DNA of 64,000 nt from the human T2T-CHM13v2.0 reference genome, Homo sapiens (GCF_009914755.1 NC_060947.1); one strand, 5' to 3'; numbered from the stretch's first letter, positions 12,737 to 25,039 are shown. A program made the numbers and translations. The notes: generated from the sequence alone by a model not told the origin.

Positions 12737-14059
12737 TTCATATCTCTATTCTATGGCCCTGTGTTCTCTGATTCCCTCAGTGTCTGTTTCTGGAATCCAA
12801 CCAAAGAGACTTTCCCTTGCCCATCAGAAGAAAAACATGCTGGGGAAAATGTCACAAGAACGAACTGTTTAGGTACAGCTTTGTGTCACACTTTGAGGTA
12901 CATTATTATTTCATGATATCCTGGGTCAAATTCCTTTTCATTAGTTTAAATTTACTTTCTTTATTTAATTTTATTTTTGAAAGAAAAGATGCAAATATCC
13001 CATATGACCTTTAACTACAGTCCTCAGGTAAGTGACAGCAACAACTGAGAGATTTTCTTCAGGCTGATAAATTTAACATGATTTAATGAAAAAAATGAAG
13101 AAAAACACAAGTTAGGCTTGCAAAGTTTCTGTGAGAAATCCTCCTTTAGAAATTACGCCAGCTTTTCATGGAAAGCAATTGCAACACAGCAGAAAGCAAT
13201 CTGCTCATGCAACCCATCCCAAGTGAGGTGAAGGTGTTATGACTGATAGACATCCCTGCCAACCATTTCTGTCCTAAAAGAGGTTATAGGAGAGCCCAGA
13301 ATATCTCTCTTACCTTTGCAATTGACTTCACTCATCTACTTCTCCAAAGGTTTAGATTTGCCCAGAAAAGAATGAAAAGGAAGAAGTCTCGCCAAAGCTG
13401 AGGGCTGAAAACCATGTTGGTAATCTCCAAATGTTGTGGTTCTAAAAGAACAGAGGGCAATGGAAAAATACAAAACATTTCAGATATAAAGTTATCTAAA
13501 ATATACTTACTATAGGACATAAAAGCCCATTATGAGGAGAAATAACTTTATGTGTTATAGGACATAACAGAAGATGTAACAAATGGATAGGTGCGTGATG
13601 TTCACTAAAGGGAAGGTTCAATATCTTTAAGATGTTTGTCATCCTTAAATTAAGCTCTATATTCCATGGAAATCACCTATCAAATCACAATACAGCATAT
13701 CCTTAAACTGGACAAGTTGATTCTTATTTCATATGGAATGTAAGTGGCCAAGAATCGCTAATAATATATTGAAGAATACTAATAAAGATGGGGAAATCTC
13801 CTAGTAAATATCAAGACATTAGAAAGATTGGTGGAACACTGGATAGACTACACTTAGCAGAATAAGGAGACAGGAAATAGAGGAATATATAAAAAGACAT
13901 TGACAATATGGCAGAAATTTGGTGTACAACGGTGGGAAAGGAACAGGCTAGTCAACAAGCAATTGTGTGTAGAAATGGGGGGAGAGGGTGGCAGATCCCT
14001 TCATCGCACTACCAAAAAAAAAAAGAATTAAAAATCTGGTGGATTAAAAATCTAAATTT

Positions 14060-14347
<288 letters not shown>

Positions 14348-15112
14348 AAAAATCTAAATTTAAAAGAAAAATGCCCAAACAACTAGAAGAAAGTATATTA
14401 AAATATTTTTATGATCTTGGACTGGAGAAAGTTTCCTGAAGATACTAAATGCATAAATTTTAAAGGAGAATATTGGAGTACCAAACTGCAAGAAAGTCAA
14501 AAGTTTCTGTATAAAAGAAGACATTGGAAACTACGCTAAAAGATAAGCCATAGACGAACAGAGGTTTAAAAGGAATCAAACCCTAAATGGATTATTTCCT
14601 ACTCCCGCAAGAACTCCTGCAAATCAATAAGGAAACAGAAGACTTAGAACCAAGTGATCAAGTAATATAAGAAGGTGATTCAGAGTAAAGGAGATTGAAC
14701 AACTAAAAATATGAAAATTTGTTCAAACCCTAAAAATTAAGAAAGTATGCCTTTAAACAACATTTGATACCAATTAGAATGGTTAAAAGAATTACAAGAT
14801 AGGATAGCACCAAGTGTTTTCAAGATAGTGGAAAATGAAATTTTTCACACTCTTGATAATTCTGTAAATCTGTTAAATTATTTTGGAAATACCTAGTAAA
14901 GTTGCAAATGTACCTCATTGTGATATTACAAACTAGCAATTTCATACACACAAACAAAAAAAGCTCATAAATAACCAACAATACACAAAGTATTGTTTGC
15001 AGTTAAAATAAAAACCACAATAACCTTAATGTCAGGGCATATGTACAACAGTGAAAAATAAATGAATAGATGTACATATGTGAACCTGGATACATCTCAA
15101 AAAGTATACATG

Positions 15113-15330
15113 ACAGCCTGGGCAACACAGTGAGACCTCCATCTCTCTAAAAACGAACAAAAAACAATAAAAAAAAAAAAAATTAGCCAGGCATGGTGGC
15201 ACATGCCTGTATTCCCAGTTACTCAGGAGGCAGAGGTTGGAGGATTGTTTGAGCCCAGGAGGTTGAGGTTGCAATAAACTATGACCGTGTCACTGCAGTC
15301 CATCCTGGGTGACAGAGAGAGGCTCTGTCA

Positions 15331-15355
<25 letters not shown>
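15113..15355 (+). mobile_element. 5'-truncated AluJ
   Basis: Starts at cagcctgggcaacacagtgagacc; right arm intact; long poly(A). Confidence 0.9.
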
Positions 15356-15361
<6 letters not shown>

Positions 15362-15480
15362 GAAAAAAACAAGTGGCATAAATATATAGTTTGATATTAT
15401 TTATGCATTTTTGTTAAAAAGAGAAAGCTATACTACAGATTGTTTTTAGAGATGTATGCATATTACATAAAAATGTGATT

Positions 15481-15567
15481 GGCTCAGGAGACTAAGGCAA
15501 GAGGAGAGAAGATCACTTGAGCCCAGGAGTTCGAGTCCATCTTGGGCAACCTAACAAAACCCCACCA

Positions 15568-15598
<31 letters not shown>

Positions 15599-15616
15599 CA
15601 AAACAAAACAAAAAAA
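15481..15616 (+). mobile_element. FLAM/Alu left-arm fragment with (CAAAA)n tail
   Basis: gatcacttgagcccaggagttcgagtccatcttgggcaac followed by CAAAA repeats. Confidence 0.8.
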
Positions 15617-17133
15617 CGCCTGATTGATTTGGAAAGATAGATTCTCCACTACTTGACACTACTTGAGGACAGTGGGTATTTCTAGGGAAGATGAAAAAGT
15701 AAAATGTAAGTGTGGCTTCAACTGTATATATTATATTTTATTTCTGGGGAAAATTGAAGCTTCAGTAAATACGGCAAAAATGTTAGTATTTGTTAAACAT
15801 GAGTGTTGGATTTATGAATGTTCCCCATATTACTCAAAAAGATTTTTTTTTAATTTAAGAAGCTCAGTTGATTGGGTTCAGCAAAATATGTCGATGGCAG
15901 ATTTAATTCAAAATTGGAAAGAAATCTGTTACTGTTTTATTCCAAGATTAGCCTTATTTTATCTTGCATTTTAATCTTTTCCCCTTACATTTTATTTCCG
16001 TTAAACGGCACTGCCTAAAATATAACAATTCCAAATAAAAGCAACCTCACGTATAATGTAATTTAATGTGCAATAATGTCAAAAGTCACATCCCATGGCA
16101 GAGATGGAAAAAAGCACAATTTCAGAATTTCTTACAAAAACATGTTGCCTGAGTTACAATATCTCAAACAATAAAGTGAATAAATTCAAACCCTGAAAGG
16201 TCAAGGAATAATAAAACCATCTCATTATGCATTTACTAAAATGAGCAAACTTATACTTCATAAAACTTATGAATTGCTGCTGTTTGCAACTGTATGCTGT
16301 ACAGTTTTCATTTCTCTTTTCTATTCTTCATGACATTTTCATGATATTTGGAAAGAAAAATACAAAAACATGAATTAGAAACCACTCATTCTCTCTCCAA
16401 AAAAAAAAAAAAAAAAAAAGGAAGGAGGAAAGGGTGGGGGAACCAACAAAAGTAGGAAAATCCTGCTAGCATATGTTCATTGCAAGGTTAAGTGAAATTT
16501 GTGATTTCAGGACTTATCTTAAATGAGCTCCATTTGATCTCCCAGTTTTTATATTTTAATAATTTGTGCATTAAGCAGTGTTCTAAATTAAAGTAAGAAC
16601 TGCTCTTGTATGCAGGATTGTTTAACCAGATGGCTTTTTGATCTCACTCGGTTAAATCTTGGAGAAATATTTGTAAGAGTGAGGGTTCCCACCCCCCATC
16701 CACCATGAGCTGCGGAGAAACTGCAGCTTATCAATATGGGTTGAAGGAGTTAGAAGACCTTTTCACAAGTCTCTTCTAATCAACCCAACCCTGCAGTCTG
16801 GCAGCATGGAGCACTCTTAATACCAGGTACTTGAAAGAAAAAGAAGGAGTTCTTTTTAAATAAACAAACTGGCAATGGAACAAGAGGCAACTGCTAACCG
16901 TCCTTTCCCCTAATTTTCATCACATGCCCATGGTCTGTAAACGCTTCCTCTTGGGTCGAGCACGGTTGGTCCCCAATGACATGGCCATGGATGGTGATAG
17001 AACTGGCACAGGTGTGTTTCCTCCCCAAGGATGCCACCAGGGGAGGGCAGAGAGAATGGAACTGATTCTCAGAATATCATCCCTACAGGATGGATGAGGA
17101 ATTCCCAAGGTTATGATAAAGTGGAGGCATATA

Positions 17134-17866
17134 TTGTCTTGTCTTGCATATATTAGTGGATACAAGTGCAGTTATGTTGCATGGGTACATTGTATAGTGG
17201 TGAAGTCTGGGCTTTTAGTGTATCCATCACCTGAGAAATGTACATTATACCCATTACATAATTTCTCATCCTTCACCCCCTTCTCACTTTCCTATCCTTC
17301 CCAGTCTCTAATATCTATTATTTCACACTCTATGTCCAGCTGTACACATTATTTAGCTCCCTCTTATAAATGAGAATATGTGGGATTTGACTTCTTGTTT
17401 CTGAGTTATTTCTCTTAAGACCATGGTGTATATATAACACATTTTCTTTCTCCGATCATCCACTGATGGACTCTTAGGTTGATTCCATATCTTTGTTATT
17501 GTGAATAGTGCATTGTTCAAAAGAAGACATAAAAATGGCCAAACAAGCACATGAAAAAATGCTCAGCATCGCTAATCATCAGAGACTTGCAAATTAAAAC
17601 AATGATGAGATATTATCTTACTCCTGCAAGAATGGCCATTATTAAAAAGCCAAAAAGATTACAAATGTTGGTGAGGATGCAGAGAAAAGGGAACTCTTAT
17701 ACACTGTTAATGGGAGTGTAAGTTAGTACAACTTCTATGGAAAACAGTATGGAGAGTTCCCAAAGAACTAAAAATAGAACGACCATTCGATCCAACAATC
17801 CCACTACTGGGCATCTACCCAAAGGAAAAGAAATCATTGTATCAAAAAGACACCTGCACCTGTATG
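17134..17866 (-). mobile_element. L1PB4-like L1 with 5' inversion (17134-17512 antisense, 17513-17866 inverted)
   Basis: Antisense L1PB4 3' UTR (gtggtgaagtctgggcttttagtgta) then a switch to sense ORF2-end sequence at about 17513. Confidence 0.88.
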
Positions 17867-18146
17867 AAGGTATTTTATAATCCTCCCTGGAGCTCGTGAA
17901 CACACAAAGCAAGCAGGAACGTGTCCTCTTTTCCTCCCTTCTCAAATCTCTCACCTTTCAGAGGATGGTTTATCTCTCATTGCCTTACTTCTCCTACTTT
18001 AGAGAAGTAGCAGGTTTGAACATCAGTGGCCCTTCTTCTTGATCATGCTGAAGGTGACACATTATAACAACACTTAGGAATTAAAATGGGCATGGCCGTG
18101 TGTCCCAACATGGCCTCTGGTACATATGTTAACAGTATACATTCTA

Positions 18147-18483
18147 CTGTGGTTACTAAAGGCTGGGAAGCACAGAGAGCAGGGGAGACTAGGGAGAGGT
18201 TGGTTAACGGATATGAACTTACTACTAAATAGGAGGAATAAGTTTCTGTGTGCTGTAGCATTGTAGGGTGAACCATGATTATCAATAATTTAGGGTGTAT
18301 TTTCAGAAAACTAGAAGAGAGGATTTTTAATGTTCCCAACACGAAGAAATGATAAACGTTTGAGGTGATAGATATGCTAATTAACCTGATTTGATCATGA
18401 CACATTGTGTACATGTATCAAAATATTCCTCTGCACCCTATAAATATGTACAATTGTTACCTGTCAAGTAAAAATAAAAGGAA
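18147..18483 (+). mobile_element. L1MA4-like 3' end
   Basis: gaagagaggatttttaatgttcccaacacgaagaaatgataaacgtttgaggtgat; TSD-like aacagtatacattcta / aacatatatattcta. Confidence 0.85.
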
Positions 18484-19779
18484 AACATATATATTCTAAA
18501 GCAAATCCTGGTATGATTTAACATTTTCTTCTTCTCAAGTTGAGATGGTCATAAAGCACACAGTTATAGAAATGTCACACACATCTAAAACCAGCCAAGG
18601 GAGATTTTTTTAATGTGTAAGGACACTGAAAACATATTACTCAGGAAGCCTTCCTGGAAATACATAAACACTTGGAGATGTGCTCCAATAAAATGAGAGC
18701 CCAGTCAATTGAAGTCGATTCATTTAATCAATTAAATTATATTAAATAAGAGACCAATCAATTAAAATCAATTTCAATTTTTTTACAATTTACTATGAAA
18801 GGCAGTAAGGCATGAGAGGAGAAGTGCTAAATAAAGGGTCTCTTTAAAGTCTAAATAATTCCAAGAAACACCATTACAAAATGGAATGTAAATGCTATAT
18901 TCTTGAAAGAACTTACACCAGTGTGATAAATTACGATTATGTAGTTTTTTAAAGGTATATATATTTGAAAATTTTTTCTTGGGAAAGAAGAAGAAATAAT
19001 GCTAACACACAGGTAAAATTTAATGGATGACAAAATGAAAAAATCATAAAACTGATAAACAGATTCAGGTATAAATCTGTGACTCCCTCTTAAAAATGTT
19101 CAAGAGGAAAAAAAGATAAAAATAGAGATGGAGAGAAAGAGAGATTGCTAAAGTAGAAAACAATAGAATTGATAAATGGGCTATAATTATATAGATAAGG
19201 ATGACATGACAGAATCTTAGAAGTACTTAATAGAACACTATCCTATTAAGTTTTAAAATCTGTATAAAATCCATGCTTAAAATATAAATTTATAAATTAA
19301 GAAAATTTAGACTAACTAAAAAGACCAATTACCATGGAAGAAATCTAACATGTTGTTAAGGATCTTGACTTCAAAGAAGGCAAATTTCCCCTTCGAAGAA
19401 TTTTGGAGAATTTATTCCTCAGCACTTTTTACTACTGGGTGTGCACTCCTGTCTTGTTGGATCCAGGTGGCTTAATGAGTCGACCAATCATATTTGAGAA
19501 GGAGGAACATGGTCGTAGGTGGAGAAGAAATAATTTTAAAACCAGCTGTCTTAGTCAGATGGCCAACCTATTTTTATATCCCTGTGGCCAGTGGGTGTGG
19601 CTGTCATCCCAGCATGCACACCAGCTGTAGAATTATGGGGGGCTACCTGCTTCCCAGAGCTAGGCACCCTCAGAGAGGTGGTGCAACAGCACAGGTGGCA
19701 CAGGATGACACAGGTGGTCTTCAGCTGAACAAACAGATTCAAGCTATCGATGTCACTGTGAAACCTGAGACTGAATGCC

Positions 19780-19865
19780 TGCAAATCAAAGAAAATGACT
19801 GAGCCAAGTCTCAATCAGGAGGTTGAGGTTTATTAGGAGGTTTATTTATTAGGAGGTTTATTTGC
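19780..19865 (-). mobile_element. MER4-group LTR 3'-end stub
   Basis: aaatgactgagccaagtctcaatca...gaggtttatttgc resembles the antisense 3' end of MER4-group LTRs. Confidence 0.45.
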
Positions 19866-20150
19866 TGTATTAGTCCATTTTCATGCTGCTAATAAAGACA
19901 TACCTGAGACTGGGGAATTTATAAAGAAAAAGAGGTTTAATGGACTCACAGTTCCACCTGGCTGGGGAGGCCTCACAATCATGGCAGAAGGCAAAAGGCA
20001 TGTGTTACATGGTGGCAGACAAGAGAGAATGAGAACCAAGGAAAAGGGGTTTCCCCTTATAAAACCATCAGCTCTCATGAGACTTATTCACTACCACAAG
20101 AACAACATGGAGGAAACCGCCCCCCATGATTCAATTATCTCCCACCAGGT
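19866..20150 (-). mobile_element. THE1 (B/C-type) MaLR LTR, 5' end missing
   Basis: tgtattagtccattttcatgctgctaataaagacatacctgagactggg...catgattcaattatctcccaccagg, then an abrupt end. Confidence 0.92.
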
Positions 20151-20289
20151 GGCTCAAGTCTGTAGTTCCAGCACTTTGGGAGGCCGAGGCAGGAGGATCA
20201 CTTGAGGCCAGGTGTTTGAGTCCAGCCTCGGCAACATAGAGAAACATAACACACACACACATACATGCACACACACACACACGCACACT
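20148..20289 (+). mobile_element. FLAM/Alu left monomer with (CA)n tail
   Basis: ggtggctcaagtctgtagttccagcactttgggaggccgaggcaggaggatcacttgagg. Confidence 0.88.
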
Positions 20290-20399
20290 GTTAGACATTA
20301 GAATTGCACAATCCTAACATAGGAAGCAATCACATCATGTTTATGCTTATTTACAGCAACATGCTTATGCTTATTTACTTTATGTTATTGGACAATTTT

Positions 20400-20530
20400 C
20401 CCGAAACTGTTCTAAGCCCTTTATGATGTTAATACTATCCCCATTTTGCAGATGAGAAAACCAGGGCACAAAGGGATTATGTGACTTGCCGAAAGTCACG
20501 TAGGCAGTGAGATACAGGCTTAAACTTTTA
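20400..20530 (-). mobile_element. MIR SINE
   Basis: atccccattttgcagatgagaaaaccagggcaca...gtgacttgccgaaagtcac core. Confidence 0.8.
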
Positions 20531-21004
20531 ATTCTGGAATACTTTTATGTTCACAAAATATTGAAAAGGCTATTAAAGAGAGCTCTTGGTTACCCCACAT
20601 CCCTTTCCCTCCGTTAGCATCTTGGACTGCCATGGCACATTTGTTGCAACGAAGTCACCCATTACTTTTAGTAAACTCCAGACATTATTCCAATGTCCTT
20701 GGATTTTCCCTGATGTCCCTTTTTTATTCCAGGATCGCACCCAGGATACCACGCTGCAGTGAGTCATCAAGTCTCCTTGGACTCCTCTGGCTGTGACAGT
20801 TTCTCAGAATTTCCTTGCTTTTTATGACCATGATGGTTCTGAGAAGAACTGCTTAGGTATTTTTTAGAATGCCCTGCAATTTGGGCTTGTCTGGCGCCTT
20901 TCTCATGATTAGACTAAGGTTAGGTGTTTGGGGGAGGAAGATCACAGAGGCAAAGTGCCGTGTTCCTCACATCACATTAAGGGTACAACTCTCAACACGA
21001 CTTA

Positions 21005-21452
21005 TGTGAAGGAAAATATCTTGGGCCCTTAAAATGACTACGCTAAAGGGAAAAGTCCAGCTGGGAACTGCTTAGGGCCAAACTGCCTCCCATTCTGTTC
21101 AAAGTCACCCCTCTGCTCACTGAGATAAATGCATATCTGATTGCCTCCTTTGGAGAGGCTCATCAGAAACCCAACAGAATGCAGCCATTTGTCTCTTATC
21201 TACCCATGACCTGGGAGCCCTGTCCCCACTTTGAGTTGTCCCGTCTTTCCGGACCAAACCAATGTTCATCTTACATACGTTGACTGATGTCTCATGTCTC
21301 CCTAAAGTGTATAAAACCAAGCTGTGCTCTGACCACCTTGGGCACATGTTGTCAGGACCTCCTGAGGCTGTGTCACGGACACGTGTCCTCAACATTGACA
21401 AAATAAACTTTCTAAATTAACTCAGACCTGTCTCAAATATCCGGGGTTCACA
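21005..21452 (+). mobile_element. MER4A1-type LTR (5' LTR)
   Basis: tgtgaaggaaaatatcttgggccc...gtataaaaccaagctg...aaaataaactttctaaattaactcagacctgtctc...ttcaca; TATA and AATAAA present. Confidence 0.9.
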
Positions 21453-22137
21453 TTTTTGTAACCATGGAGGGATTCTGAGTTGTGGGATATGATGAGGTTT
21501 CTCTTCAAATAGCCTGATCAATCCTTTATTCTTTAATTCATAGTACCTCCCCACACATACACACACACTCCTTTTTCCTTTTTCTCTTTTTTCCTTTCTG
21601 CCTTCGTTACACGCCCGGACACGCCACAGTACCAGGCTTATCAGTACCAGCTCACATTCCTTTCCTTATTTGGAAGCAAGACTAGCTCTCTAGCTCATTG
21701 CAGACAGCCCTTCCCCTTTTACCCTCTCTCTCTTACGTGCCCACCTTATCTAAAGAAAGTTCAAATGTTTAGCCAACCCGGATTAGTCCAAATTGTGCCA
21801 CCCGACCCCAGCCAATGGGAAAAGGATACCGGGGCAGGACTTGCATCAGGAATAAAGGCTTTCATGCCCCTTAGTTCAGGTGTGCTCTCATGGTGACTGG
21901 CCAAGGAGAAGCACCCTCTGCGCAGAAGTAAAATTGCTTTGCTAAGACTCCTTTGTTTCAGTGTTCAATTTCCTTAGGGTTTTGAGTGTTATTCCCAACA
22001 TGAGTGGAGGTGCCCCTGACCTTTGACAAATCTCCTGTTGGTGCTTGGTAACAGTTTGAGGTAACTTTATGGCTCAAACCAATAGGACAATTTGGTGAGG
22101 TCTGGAAGCACCCACTCCAGAGAATCCCTGACCTCCC
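21453..22137 (+). mobile_element. MER4 internal leader stub (21453-21480 and 22001-22137)
   Basis: tttttgtaaccatggagggattctgagt...ggaggtgcccctgacctttgacaaatctcc directly after the LTR, i.e. the PBS/leader position. Confidence 0.75.
21481..22000 (+). mobile_element. LTR10B-type solo LTR (HERV-I/IP10 group)
   Basis: TG...CA ends; perfect 5-bp TSD tgagt (21476-21480, 22001-22005); start tgtgggatatgatgaggtttctcttcaaatagcc; CCAAT box near 21810. Confidence 0.82.
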
Positions 22138-22953
22138 ACTGATGATGCTGACATGATCGCCTGGCTGAGGCCATGACTGTCAGGTTTATCCACTGTAAAA
22201 TGACTTCTTCCTCTCCTTTGCACATTGTACTCCTTGGAAATAAGTCTCGAAGCACAGCCTACACTCAAGGGAGGAGTGGAGCATGGATTTTCACACAAGA
22301 TGTGTGTTCTTAGCCATTACACGATCACAAAACTGGGAATCACTAAATGATGGGAAAAACAAATTGAGTTCCAATCCTGTCTTCCCATCCTCTTTTAGTT
22401 GGTTTTGTGTGCTTCTGAGAAGCACACTCCCTCATGGGAAACCTTTGGTCTAGGAGCGAGACCCACAAGTCAATAGAACAAAGGTTACAGTATGAGGTTA
22501 TGAATAGAAATAGCAAAGAATATCGCTGCTGGGTGTTCAGAGAAGGTCTGGCTGAGGGGGTGACCTTTCTGCTGAATCTTGTTGAATAAGTAAGAGTTAT
22601 CCAACATAAAGGTAAATTATTGCCAACTAAGAAACCACCCATGCTAAGAGCTGAAGACTTGAGTAGAGACCTAAGTTCACTATTCTTGGAGCCCACAGTG
22701 CTAGAAGTGAGGCACCAAGTGACAGACCTGAAAAGAAACTCACAAAGCACATCACAAAGAACTGTGAAGTTCAAGACTCAAGACTTGAACAGAAACATCT
22801 GGCAGCTAGTGGGATTTGAGAGCTGACGTTGGATCTTTAATTTCCAATAGAGAACATCAATATATCAGGGTACCAACTCACTTGGTTTCTAAAGCCATGG
22901 CTTACTCAACTGTAGAACATCTATAGTCCAAACCCTTGCCAAGGGATGTAGTC

Positions 22954-23264
22954 TTTTTATTTTTATTTTATTTTTTTTAGACACAGGGTCTCACACTGTT
23001 GCCCAGGCCAGAGTGCAGTGGTGCTATCATATTTCACTGCAGCCTTGAACTTCCTGGGCTCAAGCTATCCTCCTGTCTCAGCCCCCTGAGTAGTTGAGAA
23101 TGCAGGTGTGTGCCACCATACCCAGCTAATTTCTTTTAACTTTTTGTAGAGACAAGGTCTTGCTATGTTGCTCAGGCTGATCTTGACCTACTGGCCTCAA
23201 ACAATCCTCTCACCACAGCCTCCCAAAGCACTGGGATTACAGTCATGAGCCACTGCATCCAGCC
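22954..23264 (-). mobile_element. Alu SINE (AluJ-type)
   Basis: Antisense dimer; TSD gggatgtagtctt / gggatacagtctt. Confidence 0.94.
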
Positions 23265-23608
23265 CAGGGGATACAGTCTTAAGCTACGAGCTGTCTGAGT
23301 CTTAACAAAATCTCAGTGGACTAAAAACTGGTGAAAAACCAACTAAAATAATGGGATACCCATTGTCACTCATCCCATTAGCAAAGATTAACACATTTCA
23401 AATACCCTTGAAAATATGGTTCTTGGCTGTTCCTGTTCAACATTCAAAATGTATATGCCCTTTCAAATAACAATGTCATTTTCATAGTATAACCTGCAAA
23501 ATAAGCTACAGCTACACTCAACCAAATGTACAAACAGGTTCATATAATTATATTTCACAGCGTTTTTGTTTCTAGTAGCAGAAGCTGGAAACGAAGTCAA
23601 TGTCCACC

Positions 23609-23718
23609 AAAGGAAAGAAGAAAAGAAGGAGGGAAGGAAGGAAGGGAGGGAGGGAGGGAGGGAGGGAGGGAAAAGGGAAGGAGGGAAGGGACGGCGGAAG
23701 GAAGGAAGGAAGGAAGGC
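23609..23718 (+). repeat. GA-rich (GGAA/GGGA)n low-complexity repeat
   Basis: Direct observation. Confidence 0.9.
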
Positions 23719-24426
23719 CATTAAAACCTCCGGTACTTCATACTGAGTTCCTGTACATTTCAGTGTGATGATAATTTAAAATGCCAATAGATAATGTTAA
23801 ATGCAGGAGAAGTTACAATATAACGACTGTAGACAGGTCCCATTTGTACTCCATCATATTTCATATATAAATACATATATGCAAAGCCCAGAACACTTAT
23901 GAAGAGATACACAACTAATTGTCAAAAGTTATTTCTGGAGAGCAGGATGGGAATAGTTTGATCCCTTTATATTCTTTTATTTAAAAATCACTTTCTCAAC
24001 AGTTCAGTTTATGATAGTAATTTTTGGGGGAAATTGTAGGAGGCTGTTCCAGGCATCTCTCCTCCCCAGTATTTTGCATCATTAGATGAAAGGCACCTTT
24101 CAGAATGCTGTCAGCTTAAAAATTATTATTCTGGGCTCCCAAAGATAGATTTGCCCTCTCTGCTTTGCATTTTCGTGTCCTGGGGTTGGCTCACTGAGGA
24201 GGCCTCATTTGTCTGTAGGTTTAGAACTGTTTTCCTTTATCAACCACAGGAAAACCACTGTTTTCCCTGACAAACTTGTGTGGGCTTATATGTGCATACT
24301 CTCATACACACACACACACATTCTTTATTAAAATGTAAAATCTCACTAAAAGCTTTTGAACAAAGTAAAAACTCATTAATTTGTATTTTCTTTTTAGCTT
24401 AAATTAGAGGCACACGTGAGGTAAGT

Positions 24427-24592
24427 GAAAGAAAGAGAGAGAAAGAGGGAGGGAGGTAGGGAGGGAGAGAGGGAGGGAGGGAGGAAGGAGAAGGGAAGGG
24501 AAGGAGGGAGGGAGGGAGGAAGAGAGGAAGGAGGGGAGGAAGGAAGGTAAAAGTAAGGGAGGAAGGAAGGAAAAGAAAAGGAGAGGAGAGAA
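24427..24592 (+). repeat. GA-rich (GGAA/GGGA)n low-complexity repeat
   Basis: Direct observation. Confidence 0.9.
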
Positions 24593-25039
24593 ATCAGTGA
24601 GGGAGTAACTGTAAATAAGATGGTTGAGACTATAACTGGATAAATGAATTAATAAAGTTGTATGTAATCTGAGGTCTCTGATAAATTTCTTCCACTTAAT
24701 TTTCATATATTTTTTATGAAACCAGTCTAACCACTGAGTACCATTTTTCTTTCCTGCACTGTAGGTTAACTTTAAAGATACATTAGTGGTCCACAGCCAG
24801 GAAAGGATGCTAATGTCAGCGGCCCGCACGGACCATAAATAAACATTTCAAAGGAGCAATGGTGCATTCAGGAACGGTCTCTCAAATTGCACGCGCAAAG
24901 GTGGCATGTGGAGCCAACACCAGGTAAAAGACTGCAGGGTGATGAGAAGGGGCATGGATTGAGCCACTGGGCCTGTGCTGACTCCAGCCTTTGCATGGAG
25001 CTCATCCACTTACGCTTGAAGCCTTGTCTTCTACAGGGA

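Larger units (their letters stand above)
20590..22290 (-). mobile_element. L1MD/L1MC-like 3' UTR fragment split by an ERV1 insertion (20590-21004 and 22137-22290)
   Basis: ttccaggatcgcacccaggatacca, tttctcatgattagact; reading resumes as gacttat|cactgatg across the insert. Confidence 0.75.
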
